Assembly (NCBI RefSeq): GCF_018977255.1
Contig: NW_024704742.1
Span: 62,498,001-62,562,000, forward strand
Length of the DNA: 64,000 nucleotides
DNA from: Callorhinchus milii
Lineage: Eukaryota
Reading direction: 5' to 3'
Numbering within the stretch: the stretch's first letter is position 1; each line of letters begins with the position of its first letter. Shown piece by piece: positions 38,613 to 50,944 of this stretch. The position numbers and the translations under genes are program-made. The notes beneath the pieces were generated by a model. The model worked only from the letters and a program-made list of their open reading frames with translations. It made no database searches and was not told the DNA's origin.

Positions 38613-39897
38613 CATAGAATCATAGAATTATACAGCACAGAAGGAGGCCATTCAGCCCATCGTGTATACATTGGTTCTTTGAAAAGAACTATCTAAATCC
38701 CACTCTTCTGCTCTCTCCCCATAGCCCTGCAATCTTCTCCTCCCCAAATAAGTATCTACTTCTCTCTTAAAAATTGCTATCAAATTGGCTACCACACGCT
38801 ATCAGGCAATACATTCCTGATCCGTACAACTGTGAAAAAAATTCTCCTAACCTCCTCTCTGTAATTTTGAAAAGTTGTCTTAAGTGTCCTCATACCCTTC
38901 GCTGCTCCAAAGAGAATATTCTGGCTTCTCTAGCCTCTCCTCTTAACTGCAGTCCCGCATTCCTAGTACCATCCTGGTAAACCTCCTATCCACCCTCTCC
39001 AATGTCTTGACATCCTTCCTAAAGTGTGGTACCCAGAACCAAACATAATACTCTAGCTGAGGCCTAACCAGTGTTTTATAAAGGTTCATCATAAGTTTTG
39101 TATTCTATGCCCCTATTTATAAAGTCTAGTATCCCATATGCTTTTTTAACAGCTTTATCTGCCAGTCCTGCCACCTTCAAGATTTACTTATACGAACCCC
39201 CAGGTCTCTCTGTTCCTTCACCCCCTTTAAGATTGTACCATCAGCTTATATTGCCTCTCCTCATTCTTCCTAAAAAAATGCATCACTTCACATTTCTCCA
39301 CATTAAACTTCATCTGCCACATGTCTGCCCATTTTACCAGTCTGTCCATGTCCTCTTGTAGTCTGTTACTATCCTCCTCACCGTTTACTACTTTTGCTAT
39401 CTGAGTATCATCTGCAAACTTGGAAATTGTACTCCCTATCCCAAGTCCAGATCATTTATATAGATAAAAAACAGCAGTGGTCCCAATACTGACCCCTGGG
39501 GGGACACCACTGCACACTTCCCTCCAGTCAGAAAGACAATCATTTGCCACCACTCTCTGCTTTCTGTCTCCGAGCCAGTTCTGTATTCATGTTGCCACGG
39601 TTCCTTTAATACCGTGGGCTTCTATTTTGCTTACAAGTCTCTTCTGTGGCAGTTTGTCAAACACCTTTTGAAAATCCATGTAAACTTTATCAAATGCACT
39701 ACGTTCATCCACCCACTCTGTTACTTCGTCAAAAAATTCTATCAGGTTTGTTCGACACGATTTGCCTTCAAAAATCTGTGTTGGCTGTCCTTTATTAACC
39801 CATATTTTTCTAAGAGAAAATTTATTTTGTCCCGGATTATAGTCTCTAGATTTTCTAGAAGTTTCCCCACTACTGATGTTAAGCTGACTGGCCTACA
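38613..39897 (-). mobile_element. 5'-truncated, internally deleted CR1 LINE nested in an older CR1 tail
   Basis: catagaatcatagaa tail; antisense DFQKVFDK, VPPGVSIG, KFADDT, RPVSLTSVVGK; possible 6-bp duplication agccat at 38610 and 39898. Confidence 0.92.
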
Positions 39898-40034
39898 AGC
39901 CATGGAGCTAATAAAATGGTCTACTCCTGTTCCTATCTTATGTTCTGATAAAATGTTGCAAGAAAATGTAGCATTGTTTTTACACTTAATTCCACCCTGG
40001 TAATTTGCGCGAACATTGCGATACTGACTTTAAA

Positions 40035-40053
40035 TGACCAATAGATGGCAGCG
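40035..40053 (+). promoter_or_regulatory. Candidate CTCF site
   Basis: tgaccaatagatggcagcg, close to the CCAcTAGATGGCAGC variant, in CpG-retaining unique sequence. Confidence 0.35.
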
Positions 40054-40407
40054 ATCCCTACCACCCTCTTCTTCAAGTCCTCTGACTTCAAAATCAATTC
40101 ACGGCCATGTTTTTTCATCTAAACATGACAGTTAAGAGACGTTTTTCTTTACATGTTTTGCCCTAATCATGCCCTAAGCGTGGTAACCATTTTTTGGGGG
40201 GTCGCGGGAATAACATTTATTTTCGAAAGGGCATTAAGATTTGTGCTCTCTCTTGCCATATGAATTTTTATTTTCCCCCTGGATGGGGTCCATGGCTCTG
40301 ATGCTTGAGGGAGATGTAACATTTTCTGGGTTGAGCAGTGGGTTTGTCAGGAACAAATGTGTGATGTGCTAATAATCATTTTTAAGCAAGTGCTAGGCAG
40401 GGCCTAA

Positions 40408-40820
40408 GTAATAATCATAATTCTTGCATTTGATACTGAGCTTTACCCATCATTGAGATGTCTCAAAGCACTTCAAGGATATATGTAAAGTGGATCGATT
40501 GTGTACTTTGTGGGCAAATCATGGCAGCCAATTGCGCACGTGGAGCGAGTAAACCAATTTGTATTGTGGGAGATAATTGGCCAGGACATCAGAAGAATCT
40601 TCCTTCTAATAGTGCCATGGGATCTTTAACATCCACCGGAAAAGGCAGAGCTTGGTTTAATGTTTCATCTGAGGATGGCACTTCCAACAATGCAGCACAC
40701 CCCCAACTCTGCATTGGAGTGTTAGCTTAGAAGATGTGATTCCAAGTCTCGACTTGGGGCTTGAACTCACAACCTTCCGACTCAAAGGCAAAAGTACTAC
40801 TGCTGTGCCAAGTTGACACA
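40408..40820 (-). mobile_element. Full-length type-B DeuSINE-like element
   Basis: Tail, atagtgccatgggatctttaacatccacc, head ggcttgaactcacaaccttccgactca. Confidence 0.88.
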
Positions 40821-40829
40821 CCTGAGGTT

Positions 40830-41160
40830 CACTCAAGATATTTCTGAGATGCCGGGGAATAGAGAGCCAGTGGAGTTGGAAGAGGAAGGAGACTGTGGGC
40901 TCATTTGGGCTGTGAAGTTATGTATGATCTGGAGCTTGTGGAGGATACAGCTGGGGAGGTTAGGGAGCAGCACATTGGTAAAGTTGATGCTGGAAGTACC
41001 AAAAGCGTGTTTGATGGTTTTAGTTGTGTTGTGAAAGAGATGGGTGAAGTTGCAGAGATAGAGATAAGTGAACCCGATCAGAGCCCAGATTAAAGTTATA
41101 AAGGAGAGCTGATGGTCAAACAAAATGCAGAGGTTCCGCACATGAGTTAGAGTGAACAAC
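40830..41160 (-). mobile_element. L2 LINE internal fragment
   Basis: VRNLCILFDHQLSF...LHKLQIIHN. Confidence 0.75.
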
Positions 41161-41821
41161 CAGGAAGGCCAATATGGTCAATGTCTGAGGTGAAGTGTAG
41201 GTGGTAGCTACCCACTTCAATCCCATTTCCCTGTTCTTTCCCCCATAAATTGGAAGCAAATTTGACTAACTTGTTTGTGATGGCCTCACACAGATTATAT
41301 CCGGATGAGTGAACTCGTTCCATGTACTTCTAAAGCTACAGATATAAAGAGAAACATTTTCTCTGAATTGGCTTTCTGTTTATTATTGATTTAGAGGCAA
41401 GAATGGCTCTTTTAGCAGTTCAAGTTGATCCTGGATTTGACTGAGGTTAACTTTGGATTCCATTGAAGATCATCTATTCATCCCCTGTTGTTTTAATGAC
41501 ATTTTTCCATGCTGCAGTTTGCCAAATCATGTACCATTTTAACTTCCTATGCTCGAATGTTTAATTCGGGGAAAAGAAATACTATGTGTCATAAATCCAT
41601 ATTTGTTGATTTGCTGCCATACAGAATGAACAGCATTTCACACACTCAGCATTACAGCTTGAGAGATTAGAAGTGAGACTGTGATTTAGATTGCAAACAG
41701 AGCAAAGATTAATTGCAGTGGAACAGCACAAATACTATTGATTGACCGTTCTACACTTGCAAATCAAACATACACTCAATTGGGACATTTGTCACTTCCA
41801 AGAATTATGATTACAGAGCAC

Positions 41822-42177
41822 ATTAATCCTTGCATTTGATATAGGGCTTTTTATCACGTCTTTGAACCGTCTCAAAGCACCTCACAGAATAAATTGTAAA
41901 GTGGATTGACTGCATTTTGTGGGCAAATGCGGTAGCCAATTGTGCACAACAATGTCCCACAAACAGTCGTTGATTGAGTACTCAAATTTTTTTTGAGGGC
42001 TTATTACCCCTGGAAAGCAATCTGCCAATCGATTAACAACTAGGTTCCTACTTATTGCTAGGTAAACAGAGGCATGTGGAGTCAAGGAAACTTGCCTAAT
42101 ATTTTACCCGCCCGGGAATTGAACTCAGGCGCTCTCACTTGTGAAGATAGGTGCTAACCACTATGCTATGGAACTCT
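41822..42177 (-). mobile_element. Type-A SINE, full length
   Basis: Colinear with 38205-38562 through the head. Confidence 0.9.
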
Positions 42178-42589
42178 GTGGCATATGAGGATAGCTACAC
42201 GTACACTAAAATGTATATTCTATGGAATTCAGTGTATTTATGGTTTCAAAATCATTTAGTCGTGCTGGTCTTCTGATTCATAAAAAAATGAAGAATATCT
42301 ATATTGCATCTAGAAATATGAAAAATAGATTTCCAGAAAGCATGTTTTGTTGCTTGCAACATTAGAGCTGTCTGTTGTGGGGGAGAGCTATTGGAAAATA
42401 TTTGTAATGTAGGAGACAGAGTGTGAGTGAGCGTACAAAGTGTTCTTTCTCCATTCCTTTGCTGCAGGAATGACCGCTTTTCAAAAAGTTTGCAACAGTA
42501 CGATTTAAGTGCGACATTGGCAGATCTTGGTCTGAGAACATTACAGGAACCTAGAAAGTGTGAATCTGATATATAATTGGTAAGATGCA

Positions 42590-42690
42590 CAAATCTGGGT
42601 TCATCGGAAATTTTTAAGTTCAGTCTTCCAATTTCAGGCTGGAATGAAGAAATTTCCACAATTCTGCACAATCTTAGATGTCAAGATAAA
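42590..42690. repeat. Palindromic MITE-like repeat copy
   Basis: tttccacaattctgcacaatctta is the exact reverse complement of 2224-2247. Confidence 0.65.
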
Positions 42691-43098
42691 ATGGGCTTAG
42701 AAACTTACACTTAGTGGAACTTTGGACCAAAGATCCTCTATATTCAACAAATAAAGATGGCTAGAATACTCCCTCCCCACTTTGGATTCCATATTCTCAA
42801 TGGAGAATAATATGTCCCTTAAATGTTTACTCCTCATCTCTACAATTGGCATATATTTGAACAAATGAAACTGAGATAATAATAAAAATAATAATCTCTT
42901 ATTTGCTATAGTGCCTTTCACATCATTAGGAGGTTCCAAATCGCTTTGCACGATGTACTGTAAAGCGGAGTTACTGTGTGTTCTGTGGACAAACATCAAT
43001 ATGCACCGATGGATTGTACACAGCTTGTGTACATAAAATCAACCCAATATTCCTGCTAGTTGACATCAGAATTGGCTTCCTACTCCAATGCCATGTCA

Positions 43099-43310
43099 TC
43101 ACGCCTAATAATAATAATCCCTTCAAAACCAAAAACAATAATAAATTGGTCATTTTCAATCTACGACTGTTTGTGGGACATTGCTGTGCGCAATTGGCTG
43201 CCGCGTTCGCCCACAAATATACAGTCAATTCACTTTACAGTGTGTTCTGTGAAGCGCTTTGGGACGTCCTCCCGACATGAAAACCGCTATATCAAAAATG
43301 CAAGGATAAA
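43099..43310 (+). mobile_element. Young type-A SINE, deletion variant, 5'-truncated
   Basis: Very similar to 23854-24058, including the cacgcct|ataataatccc junction. Confidence 0.9.
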
Positions 43311-43814
43311 AATGCAAGGATCAGTGGAACCTGGAGTGAAATTGCTAACACAGTTCCACGTACAAAGAGATAAAAATCAATCAGTTGAACCTGTGTATAA
43401 ATCAACTCACAGGAGAGCAGCAACAATACTGATAAGTAATGGACAAGAGTACAATGGTTTCAAGGCACCTTGTTCAGGCTGATTGACTAACACCAGCAGG
43501 CTGTCATGAGGTGTTCCCCAGGTAATCTGACAATGATGTTGAGATAGATATAAGATTCAATCTGTCCCTCAATTTATAACATGGCAATGCTTCCAGACTG
43601 ATGACACTGCACCAGAAGCCAGTCACTTGGGACTATGAAAGGGATTGCCATCAGGCTGGTCAACAGCAAAAACTGTAATTCTGTAGTGATCATTCTTAGG
43701 GGTGTTTTTTTTGCTGCATTTTTTCCTTTATTAAGATGAGCAATCTTTTGTGTTCCTGAGCAATAGGCTTACCGACTAAGAATAAAATAAAATGTCAGCA
43801 ACTGCAATGATGAT

Positions 43815-44085
43815 TTACATTTATATAGTGTCTGTCACATTTGGAGGATATCTGAAACTGCTTCACATGACTGACTGGGAACCTGGGCTGAAGGGTGGTG
43901 GGTATTGGGGAGTGGGGGGGAGAAGGGAAAGTTGAGGAGGGGAGGATGGTTGAATGGAGATGTGGAATTTAAAGGTGGAGAGGAAAGGAGGGGCAAGATG
44001 GACAGACTCTTCAATGGAGGTCCAGAGAGCAGGGCCAGATGGATGAAGGCTCCACCGATGGTGGGTGGAACAGTGGGGGTTGTGA
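43815..44085 (-). mobile_element. L2 LINE 3' fragment
   Basis: tttacatttatatagtg tail; antisense PTIGGAF and ALW. Confidence 0.65.
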
Positions 44086-44094
44086 TGGGAGGAT

Positions 44095-44556
44095 ATCTCA
44101 AAGAGCTTGTTTATGTAATTTGGGTGAACGTAACCAATTTGCGCGTAGCAATGTCCCACAAACAACCAAGAATTGAACGATTAACTTTATTTGGGGCCAA
44201 AATTTGATTTGGCTAGGAAACTGGGAGAAAGTAATAGTGCCAAGGAATCTTTAATATCCACCTGAACAGACAGATGAGACCTCGGTTAACAACTTGTCTG
44301 AAAGACGACACTACCAACAATGCAGAGCACCGAGGCACTATCCTGAAAGAAAAGGGGATTTCCCAACAATGCCCCAGACAAAATTGGGCATTCACTTCAT
44401 GGCTTTTTATGGGATATTGGTTCACATAAATTAGCTGTTGCATTTGCCTCCAAAAATATGTATTCGTTATACTTTCCAATCCTATGAAGTGCTTTGAGAA
44501 ATCCTGCTGACCTGAAAAGCGTTATATCAAATATAAGGATGATTGTTATTATTATT
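44095..44556. mobile_element. Two type-B SINE fragments in opposite orientation (- 44095-44335, + 44340-44556)
   Basis: Antisense central domain followed by sense 3' domain and tail. Confidence 0.7.
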
Positions 44557-45146
44557 ACTGCTCAAGTATTAATTTATTGTGACTTTAAACATCTCTATTG
44601 ATTCCACCTCTGCAGTTTTCTGGGGCAGAGCATTGCACTTATTTGATGTAGAGCCTTATTGCATCAACACATCTCAAAGCGCTTCTCACATTAGATGGAA
44701 ATCTCTGCTGAATCAATGTCAATGTGCATCATTTAGATTTGCAGAGCACAGTGGAGAATGAAATGGTAACATTAGCATAGAGCTTTATTTGTCATTTATT
44801 CTATGTGTGCCTTTTAATGCATTTGACATTTATTGTACTGCTCTTTTTGATTAAACGACTATGAATAAGGTTGATTTGCTGCTCATGGCCATGTTAGGAG
44901 AAATAACAATTCTCCCCTGTTAAATTGGTTTAAAATAATAATAACATTTCAGAATGCCTGCAGATGGTGAGTGTATAAGGTGTGTGGGAGCTCATAAGAT
45001 GATTAGAATTTTGGTATCAAAGCATAGAATAAATTACAGCACAACAACAGGCCAATTGGACCATTGAGCCTGTGCTAATGTTTTGCTCTACATACAAATC
45101 CTAGTCAAATAGTACTTTGCTGCCCACACCCCATACCTCATTATCG

Positions 45147-45380
45147 TGCTAGTTTGGCTCAATTGGTAATACTCATCTGTGGTCAGAAAAATTGGCTTCA
45201 ATCCCTTCAAGATCTTAAGATGTGACCCTGCATGAGGGCCACTATATAAATGCAAGTTGTTGTTCAGCTCATAAATCCGGCCTGACACTCCAAAGTCATG
45301 CTGGGAAAGTGCTGTATTCTGAAAAGTGATATATTTCAGATGAAACATTCAACTGAGATGTTAATCAATGGCACTATTTA
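45147..45380 (+). mobile_element. Type-B SINE 5' part interrupted by an L2-type tail (~45205-45263)
   Basis: tttggctcaattggta...ttcaatccc | ...ctatataaatgcaagttgttgtt | cagctcataaatccggcctgacactcca. Confidence 0.65.
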
Positions 45381-45696
45381 ACAACTAGCAACAACTTGTA
45401 CTTTTATAGAACTTTCCACATAGCAAAACAGCACAATGTGAGTCATTGAGATGCAGTAGGGGCTTGAGGTGTGTGCAAGATGGAATAGGAAGGAACTTTT
45501 TAGATGGGCGTTGAAAACAGAAAGAGAGGGTAAATGATAGAGGGATATATAATACAACACAAATTTACATTTATATAGCATTTTCACATCAGGAGGATGT
45601 CCGAAGGCACTTGACATGAGATAGTTGCAGAGAAAGATGGCAAAGTGGCTGTGATTGGTAACACTAGGAGGAGGACTCTTCCCACTCAGCTCCTTT

Positions 45697-46218
45697 TTTT
45701 TTGGTCAGCCAGGTGTCTTGACACAAGCGGGAACTCATCACCATGCTTAAGGATATCCAAACCAAACTGAGATTTCCATGGATGCCACCTACACATGGAA
45801 ATCCCAGAGACAGATTGTTGGAATGGAATGTGCACTCTCCCTCTGGAGGAATACATCCTGCTTACCTAAATCTGGAAAGCTCTTGTAAAAGCTGCATGTC
45901 AAAGCACTAATGGATAGGATGGGCCTGGCTGAAGCTTACCAGGCAATGCTCTCAATGGCAAGCTATGCATTTTTAGATGGGTAAACTCCAGCAATAACCC
46001 CAACTAACACTCTGGGTCCCCAAGCCTTGGCTCACACCAACTTGTGCTTAATACTCTCTGGCATTAGTTAAGCAGGATGCATCCCTCTGGGGAGAGAGTA
46101 TGCATTTCATTCCAGACACAGGAACATTTTCACATGTAGATAGCATACATATGTGGAACTTTCCGTTTGGTCTGGCTAGTTTTCAGTATGGTGATGGGTT
46201 TTAGCATGTGTCAGACCT
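45697..46218 (-). mobile_element. ~520-bp element with ~160-bp terminal inverted repeats (MITE-like, unclassified)
   Basis: Arms ~45711-45869 and ~46064-46218 are inverted copies; internal segment is antisense to those at 32215 and 62925. Confidence 0.8.
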
Positions 46219-46993
46219 CATCTCTTTTGAAATGAAAGACTCTTGAGACCAGCAAAGCTGTAATCTTATGCGTTTTTCTTTTGAGTCCATGTCTACTGTT
46301 ACTCGTCCTAGTTTCCTAGTCCAATATCAATTTATTCTCATTACCATCCTACCATTGTGCATTTCTAAACTTTTATCTTCTAAGACTGGTTCCAGAAATA
46401 CAGTAATTAAATCCTTCACGGAAATAACTTGGCAGATTAATGCTAAAGAACTGGCTGAATTTTGCCAAGAGCAGAAGAACATCTTGTCCTCAGACTAATT
46501 TGAATATTGTGAACTTGAAAGGCAATCAGAATTCAATTACACTTTAAACCCATGCAGTGTATACATCTGTGTCAAGTTAAAGCTGTTAATTACCATATAA
46601 TGGACATTGCCATCTTTTAGCTACCGACTGATGATATGATAATTCAGCACACCAGATTGACACCACCCTGAGTTTTTACCCAAGCAACACTATCAGGACA
46701 GAGACAATTTCTGAGACTAACATTTTTTACGAGATTAATTTGGTCGAGCTGTGAAGCTACTTTCTGCTGCCTCTTTGCTTAAAGCGATAAGAAAAAAAGT
46801 CACAATATTTCAATTCTTGTTTGTGTGGATGCTTTGAACGACAGAACTAGGCCCTACTCAAGGAACACAGGGCTCATCACCAGTGAGTTTGTGACTGCTA
46901 TATTATGGTTGGAAAATGCAATGTGATACTTATGTTGTGTTTATCATCCCTGGTTTTCAATAGCTTCTTAATCCTCCAGCTACAAATTGAGGT

Positions 46994-47445
46994 GTCAGTC
47001 TGGCTCAGTGGCTAGCACTGGGCCCTCTGAGTTAAGATGTTGTAGCATAGAGTCCTGTAGCTCAGTGGTTAGGCAGTGGTAAGCGAGATGACCCGGGTTT
47101 GATTCCTGGGCAGGGCAAAACCTTAGGTAAGTTTCTTTACTTCATAAGCATCTGTTTACATGGCAGTAAGTAGGAACCCGGTTGTTAGTCGATTGGCTGC
47201 CGCATTTCACCCACAAAATACAGAATCAATTCACTTTACACTATATTCTGTGAAGCACTTTGAGATGCCTCGATGATGTGATGTTGAGCTCACAGTGTTG
47301 ACTCTCCAGTGCAGGGCCGGTGGAGCACTGCATTGTAGGAAGTACCATCCTTCAGATGAAATGTTAAACCCAGGTCCCGTCTGTCTGTTCAGGTGGATGT
47401 TAAAGATCCCATGGCACTATTCAAAAAGAGAAGGGAGTTTCTGAC
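46994..47445 (+). mobile_element. Type-B SINE with nested type-A SINE (~47049-47282)
   Basis: B head, then gagtcctgtagctcagtggtta (A head), then B resumes at ttgagctcac...ttcaggtggatgttaaagatcccatggcactattc. Confidence 0.85.
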
Positions 47446-48859
47446 GATGTTTTCAGATTCAGATTGAATCTTGCGAGCAAAAGATAGTTTATTTGCTATC
47501 TCCTGCTCACGGGATTCAAACAATTACAATACTGCGGCATTTTTTGTCACTGAAAAAATTAACTCCCAAAAAAGTTGGTAAATGCCAGTATCAGTTTTGT
47601 AATTACACTTAGCTGGAAATTCTGGTTTGCCAGATAGGATTTTCCCCCCATTAGTCCGGTCAGCTGGGGGTTTAAGTTTATTTACTCGGAAATGTTTACA
47701 TCCTTATCACACTTAAGACATTCAGATTATTCCATCTCAATAGCAAAATAGAATGTAGCATACTTCTGTGGAACAACATGGTGCTGGATCTGTCCAGCTG
47801 CCTACTCCGCATTGCTGCTATAACAGAGATCACACAATTGATTCAGATGAAGAAGGCCCTTCGGCCCATTTGATTTAATTCTTCCAGAATATCCATCCTA
47901 CCATCTTCCCATCACAGAATCAAGCTGTCTTCTTCAATGCTTTATTCTTGTTTCAGTCCTTCTCTCTTGGCTCGTCATTTTATGCTATAAAATAACTGGT
48001 CAGAGTCAGCCTGGGAGAAGTTGTCTTGATGTACTGGGTAATCCTGCATTATTTTCAGTGAGGATGAGCAATAGCATTTGCTGTTGCATATGGTATTGCC
48101 ACCTAACAATGGAAATTTCCCTGTGTCCGGAATGTCAAGATTTGGAGGTCCCAAATTGTATGTTGGGGGTACAGCTAGAGTTTAACCAGTTAAAAACACA
48201 ATTATTCCCAGTCTGAGACTATAGACTGTTTGTGGGTGTGAAATCCACCCAGATCTTCAGTGTATTGCTTGGGTCAAAGCCGTTCTGAAGATTTCAGTGT
48301 CACCACCGTTGATGCCGAAGCCACTAAATGCTGTCATTCATGTTTTCATAAACATTTTCAATGTGATAATACAGAGAATGTTAGTATAAAAATGGATGTG
48401 ATATAAGATCATATTGCCAACATTTCAATTACATTGTTACCTTTTCCTGTTCTGACCATTTAACCCCTTTCCCCTCCCCACCATTCACTTATATATTTAT
48501 TTTTAAATTTAAAAATTTAAATAGGTGCTGTCCTGGTGCCAGAAGGGAAAATAGCAATTGTTTTGAATTCAGAGACCTGAACCATTTTATAGTCTTAGCC
48601 CTAAGATCATTGGAGAAGGGAGTTTTCCATTTCCTGGCCATCAGCCCCCAGGTTGAATTAATCATTCACTTCATAGCTGTTTGTGGACATTGGTCTGCGA
48701 AAGTTGACAGTCTGTTCTCCTCTAAAATACACAGTTTATAGTAATGCGTGCAATGCTTTGAAACATACTGTGCTAAATATAAGGATTATTATTATTTATT
48801 ATATCAAATATATGGATTCTTCCTTTTATTATTTTCTCAAAATATCAGCAATTTGAAAA

Positions 48860-48990
48860 AAAATGTTAAAATTAATCTTAATTTAGAAGGCTGATTTTCC
48901 GCAATATTTAAACAGAACTGTGTAAAACCATGCTTCCGAATTAAGACTGAATGTAAGAATTTTCAAAAATGAATTATGCGCAACATAACA
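48860..48990. repeat. Palindromic MITE-like repeat copy
   Basis: tcttaatttagaagg...gcttccgaattaagactgaatgtaagaa, shared with 2420 and 23360. Confidence 0.55.
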
Positions 48991-50751
48991 TTTTGAGATA
49001 ATAGTCTCAAAGATAAGAGTGAGATAAATTTTGGGTCTCTGATTGGAAATTGAGTTTAGGTTTGGTTTCAGCTGAACCAAATCTCAATGGCTGTTCTTGT
49101 TCATCCATAATTCATGTGCAATTTCCTCCTTCCTATAGCTGTGACTTTATAGCTCGCCTTGTCTTGCAGAAGTCATTGAAAAGGTGCTACAGTCGGTTCA
49201 AATGTCAGACTCTACCTTGAGAGCAGAATCACTGAATAAGCAACGCAAAATCCCTCTGCTGCCAGCCTGCTTTCCGTTATTATAGAAACATGCCACACTG
49301 TTGTCCCTTATTGAACTAAAGGCATGTTTTCCTTCTTGCAGATAGAAAAAAGATTACTGTGCATCCATTCGAATTAGTCCTCAAGGTCAAGAAAAACTAA
49401 TACTTCTTAAGTACCAGCTAAATACTTGACCATTGTCTTGAAATTTGAGGTTGTAAGGATTTTGGAAAAAAATGTTACAGTAACTTGTAAGATTTCTGCT
49501 CCACAGCAATAAACAGAGAGAATATATTTAGAAAATATAGAGTCTGATGCACATCACCTGTCATGTCCTTCTAGATAAGGTCTGTAAGAATTTTATTGAT
49601 CTAAAGCACAGGTTTCTTCTGCATGCAATGGCATTGCAATTGATACATTCAAAGCATGTTTGCAGAGCTGGGAAAAAGGAATGTTAACAATGTTGAGGGC
49701 ACTACCAGCTAAGTGGTCCATTGCTCATTGTAAAGAAGATGCAGAAAAATATGCTGAATATTACCTGGAAAACAATTATTGCTGCAACAGAAGTGAAATG
49801 ATTTTTGCTATTGATTGTTCGTGGGTTCCAGCTATTAGTTAAATCACCATAAAAATAATACATTCACCAATGAACTGATTGCACCTCATATAAAAATACA
49901 AATATACTTACAAAAATTACCTGATGCAATGGGACCCAAAACACGGTGCTTTCAAATGGGAACTCATTAATTAAAGAATCCCAGAGACGATTGCTTCTGT
50001 AACTGGAAACAAGTCAAGCTGATTCACAGAGGCTCTGATCTGAAAGTAGACTGTGTTGGCCAGAGATATTGTGCTTGTCTCGATGCCGCGATTGAAAACT
50101 TGAGTTTGTAATGATCACAAGTGAAGCTGGTATCTTGAAAGACCGCAATTCACGGGATGGCAAGTTCTACTGTGGCGTGACTCTCTGCAAGCCCAACCAT
50201 TGTGACGAAGTTGGGGGGAGGGGTGGATTCACCCTGTGGTCATACATTGATATAGATATCGATGGGCGGAAGTTTCAATGGCTCCTGTATCAGTAATAGT
50301 CATCAATTCACATGATGTTTGTTCACCTCTTAATATTAATATTTTAGGGAGTCTTTTTTCAAAATTAAGTTGTGTGAAACTTCATCACCGTACAGATGCA
50401 TATGCTGTAACTTGACACTTACAGAATATTAGTACGCTGTGCATTCACACACACGGCGTATTCATTACTCTGAATATGCCAATATGTGGAAATATGGATG
50501 TTTACCATCTGAGCTAGTTAATAATGGCAGATTTCCTCAAACAGTGAATATCAAGGTTAGAGCCCCATTTAAAAGCACTTTACATAGAGAATATAAATCA
50601 AGAGGTTTGTGTTTTTGCAATAGAAATCATTGAGGGAAGCAGCTTGTAAAGAAGGATAAGAGCTGCCAGCTTCCCCAATATATCTTCTATTGATACAATA
50701 CAATGAGTTTAGTGTTTGCTACACAGACCAAAAAGATTTTAGTTTCAATGT

Positions 50752-50785
50752 TCTTAAAAGCTACTCTAAAGAGTAGCTTTTAAGA
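50752..50785. repeat. Perfect 16-bp inverted repeat with 2-nt loop
   Basis: tcttaaaagctactct-aa-agagtagcttttaaga. Confidence 0.95.
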
Positions 50786-50798
50786 TCATACCGCCATG

Positions 50799-50916
50799 AA
50801 ATTTAAGATTCTACAATATTGTGGAAAATTCTTAAATTCATTTGAAAGCCAATTTTCTAAAGCCAGAATCTAAGCCGAATTTAAGATTTTCTACAATTCT
50901 GTGCAACCTGAAATTT
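50799..50916. repeat. Palindromic MITE-like repeat copy
   Basis: ~40-bp imperfect inverted arms at 50799-50839 and 50877-50916. Confidence 0.7.
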
Positions 50917-50944
50917 TGAGACAAAATGGCCTTGCAGGATAAGA

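Noticed and set aside
48160..48180. gggtacagctag resembling the Helitron 3' end
   Set aside because: Followed by A rather than T, no clear hairpin, no matching 5' end.
49990..50296. CpG-rich 61-aa ORF and antisense EPLKLPPIDIYINV-stop as an exon
   Set aside because: No good polypyrimidine tract or donor, peptides unrecognised; may be regulatory but unsupported.
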